This document shows positions 40,225 to 40,529 of a DNA stretch of 40,529 nt, piece by piece. The notes under the pieces are model-generated. The model had not been told where the DNA came from. It made no database searches and saw only the letters and a list, made by a program, of their open reading frames with translations. Source of the DNA: Thermococcus sp. JdFR-02 (GTDB taxonomy: Archaea > Methanobacteriota_B > Thermococci > Thermococcales > Thermococcaceae); NCBI GenBank assembly GCA_002009975.1, contig MTLP01000032.1:127443-167971 (forward strand), written 5' to 3'. The position numbers and the translations under genes were made by a program. Numbering within the stretch: the first letter of the stretch is position 1; each line of letters starts with the position of its first letter.

Positions 40225-40529
40225 TTAGCCTGTAAGGTAGTCAATTTTCTCATAGGGTTCTCTCCTTACGGCTTTCTTACTCTCCTCAAAGCTCTTGTAA
40301 TACTCGAGTATATATTTGTCTACGCTTGGTCTTACCTTTTTCAGAGCTTCTTCAAAGTCCCTTCTTTTAACAACAAGACTTCCTAAGAACGCTTCACTTA
40401 GCTCCTCGAATATACCAGCTCTCTTCACTCCTTCTTTTAGTGCTCTTCTCATTGCTGCCATTGCGGCTTCCCTAACCACTGCCGCTAAGTCAGCACCAGT
40501 ATAACCTTCAGTCTTCCTAGCAATTTCTT
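40225..40529 (-). CDS. cdc48: CDC48/VCP-family AAA ATPase, C-terminal part (truncated by the window edge)
   Basis: The frame stays open to the window end: EIARKTEGYTGADLAAVVREAAMAAMRR...DFEEALKKVRPSV. Confidence 0.9.
   Translation of the reverse strand, partial: EIARKTEGYTGADLAAVVREAAMAAMRRALKEGVKRAGIFEELSEAFLGSLVVKRRDFEEALKKVRPSVDKYILEYYKSFEESKKAVRREPYEKIDYLTG

Overview
Gene-dense, AT-rich chromosomal window from a hyperthermophilic archaeon of the order Thermococcales. Evidence for the lineage: GGTGA/GGAGG ribosome-binding sites, BRE-TATA promoters, CGP-CTERM anchors, TET2, aTrm56 and ADP-forming acetyl-CoA synthetase. Most of it is core genome: partial tyrS, XPD, TET2, sfsA, dys, a JAMM protease, mobB, an Sm-like protein, mptE, a Dpp/Opp ABC transporter, nadM, a SAM hydrolase, trm56, AIP synthase, fen, acdA, a PRC-barrel protein and partial cdc48. 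Less ordinary parts are: (i) a four-gene module around a double-domain KaiC that keeps the tandem Ser-Thr phospho-site, with two small, possibly paralogous helical proteins and a dead KaiC-fold protein but no KaiA or KaiB; (ii) an ABC importer bracketed by two CGP-CTERM surface proteins whose last 78 nt are 76/78 identical; (iii) two box C/D sRNAs not in the ORF track, one of them forming the leader of the psiE-like/fen unit; (iv) a structured intergenic region at 17.93-18.28 kb with hairpins and a candidate ncRNA or micro-ORF pair; (v) a streptopain-like secreted cysteine protease zymogen plus a membrane partner; (vi) an iodotyrosine-deiodinase-type nitroreductase; (vii) a motif shared in front of both ABC substrate-binding genes. 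No CRISPR array, tRNA, rRNA or intact transposase was seen. All family calls come from motif reading by eye, not from database searches.
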